A stretch of DNA of 64,000 nucleotides from Raillietiella orientalis (Eukaryota): NCBI GenBank assembly GCA_036172245.1, contig JAYWIR010000008.1:1178001-1242000 (forward strand). Reading direction: 5' to 3'. A program made the position numbers and the translations under genes. Shown piece by piece: positions 62,097-64,000 of the stretch. How positions within the stretch are numbered: position 1 is the stretch's first letter; the number at the start of each line of letters is the position of its first letter. The notes under the pieces were generated by a model. The model saw nothing but the letters and a program-made list of their open reading frames with translations. It ran no database searches and had not been told where the DNA came from.

Positions 62097-64000
62097 TCAT
62101 CTCGGAATCAGCCCGGAGACCAGGCTGTCAATGGCTGCCGGGTCCTCCAGGGTGGAGAGGTCGCCCAGGTCGGCGTCGCCACGCACGACGCAGCGCAGCA
62201 CCCGCCTCATGATCTTCCCGGACCTCGTCTTGGGCAGGATGCCGGTCACCTGGATGAAGTCGGGCGCCGCAAACGTGCCGATCCTGCGGGAGACTGCAAC
62301 CCACCCGTTGGGCCCTCGCGCCGCCGCCGCCGCCCCTCTCCGCCCACCCGCTCCCACACTGGGAGGAGGGGTGGACGAAGGCGACGGAGGGGCCGGCGGG
62401 CGAGGTGAGCAAGTTGGGATACGCCGAAGGGGAAGCTGCCGCCCCTCCTCCTCCTCGTCCTTCCGGGAGTAGGAATGGGAAGGGGGGGAGAGAAGGGAGG
62501 AGGGGAAGGGGAAACTCACCCAGCGTTCTGAGGTCCTCCAGGAGCTGCTCCTGGTGCCGGGTAGCAGTGCCCTCGATCGGCACGACGAAACAGTAGAGAG
62601 CCTCTCCCTTGACCGGGTGCAGGCGGGACACGGCAGCGGCCTCGGCGACGAGCGGGTGCTCCGTCAGTACACCCTCGATCTCCGCTGTGCTCAGTAGATG
62701 ACCCGACACGTTCACCATGTCATCCGTGCGGCCGGTGACCCAGAAGTAGCCGTCGGCGTCCCGGTAGGCTCCTGGCGAGAAGTGAATCGAGGGGGCTGCG
62801 TCCCCCACGCGCCCCTGGGCACAACGCACCATCGCCGCAAGAGTAGAATCCCGGGAACGACCGGAAATACAGGTCGGCGAAGCGCCCGTGGTCGCCGTGC
62901 AGGGTCATGGCCATGCCCGGGTTGGGGCGACGCAGAACGAGGGCGCCCGTCTCGCCCGTGGCGGCCTCCCGCCCGTCGCACTCTCTCAGGACGGACGCTT
63001 CCACGCCGAAGAAGGGCAGTGTGGCGCTGCCGGGCTTCGTGGGCGTGGCACCCGGGAGCGGAGCCAGCAGGGGCCCTCCAGTCTCCGTCTGCCAGTAGGT
63101 GTCCAGAACGGAACAGCGGCCCCTGCCCACGAACTGGTGGTACCAGCGCCACACCTCCGGACCGATGGGTTCTCCCGCGGTGCCCAGGATCTTCAGAGAC
63201 TCCAGGGAGCAGCTGGAAAGGAAGCAGGAACCCGGGTTCCTTTACCTTTGGAGTGACCCCAGCGAGACCCACCGGCCCAGTCCCTTTTCTCCGTGCTGCA
63301 TGAACGTGCGGATGGCCGTCGGCGCCGTGTAGAACTTGCTGACCTGGCACTGGTCCACGATGCTCCAGGCGCGGAAGGGGTCCGGGACGAAAAGGTTCCC
63401 CTCAAACTGCGCCACCCCCACCCTGACCCTCAGGCTAACCGTTCCACCCCTTCCTTCCCTCTGTCTTTACCAGAACGCTGGTGGCTCCGTTGAGCAGGGG
63501 GCCGTACACCACGAAGGTATGCCCCATGATCCAGCCGATGTCCGCGGTGCACCAGTGCACGTCGTCCGGCTGGTGGTCGAAGACGTAAGTGTGGGACACT
63601 CCTGCGTACACCATGTATCCGCCCACAGAGTGGACCAGTCCCTTGGGCTGCCCCATGGATCCGCTGGGTAAGAAAACGTTGTCACGAAGGCGCACAGCCA
63701 CCGCGCGCCCCCCAGGGGGGGGGATGGGAAAGAGGAGCCCCGGACCCGCTCTTCTTCCCTCCCCTCTCGCCCTCCTCCAGTAAGTGACCTCGGGGCCAAG
63801 CCAACAGGCTCATCCCTCACCCTACGGTGTGTCTCCCGGTGCTCAGGGGCAGGCAAGGGGAGGAGAGGAGGAGTTTCTGCGGAGGAAGAGACCCTCACTG
63901 CCCGCGCTGCTGACCTGGTGAACAGCAGGAAGAGGGGGTCGCAGGCGTCCACCCACTCGGGAGCGCAGTGCTTCTCGGCGCCCTCCATCAGCTCCTCCCA
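62097..64000 (-). CDS. Acetyl-CoA synthetase paralog C (ACSS2-like), 3' part; 5' end beyond the window
   Basis: Same intron positions as paralogs A and B. Motifs [66 protein letters not shown] and [12 protein letters not shown]; stop at 62097. Confidence 0.9.

Noticed and set aside
32400..64000. GC-rich half interpreted as bacterial contamination
   Set aside because: The ACS and protease genes carry many phase-consistent spliceosomal introns, so this DNA is eukaryotic.
1..64000. CRISPR arrays, rRNA or tRNA genes
   Set aside because: No regularly spaced repeats or recognisable rRNA/tRNA sequence seen by eye; a covariance-model scan was not possible.

Overview
Eukaryotic, most likely invertebrate-animal, genomic DNA with spliceosomal GT-AG introns, many only 41-47 nt long. 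The window has two compositional halves. The AT-rich left half (1 to ~32.3 kb) holds three very tightly packed minus-strand genes (TSR3 -> MRPL27 -> DMC1, the last partial and ending at a U12-type donor). It also holds a decayed Ty3/gypsy-like remnant, IQCG/DRC9, UQCRB and ARMC5. The GC-rich right half (~32.4-64 kb) holds an orphan 5-exon gene model, a pepsin-family protein with degenerate catalytic motifs plus a decayed partial copy, and a tandem array of at least three intron-containing acetyl-CoA synthetase paralogs with differing active-site substitutions. Inside that array sits an intronless, circularly permuted D-amino-acid-oxidase-like gene, a horizontal transfer candidate. The most notable signals are the ACS array with its permuted DAO, the operon-like TSR3/MRPL27/DMC1 block whose spacers share an identically placed 11-nt motif, and the pseudo-protease. 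All gene models were assembled by hand from splice signals and motif recognition; no searches were run.
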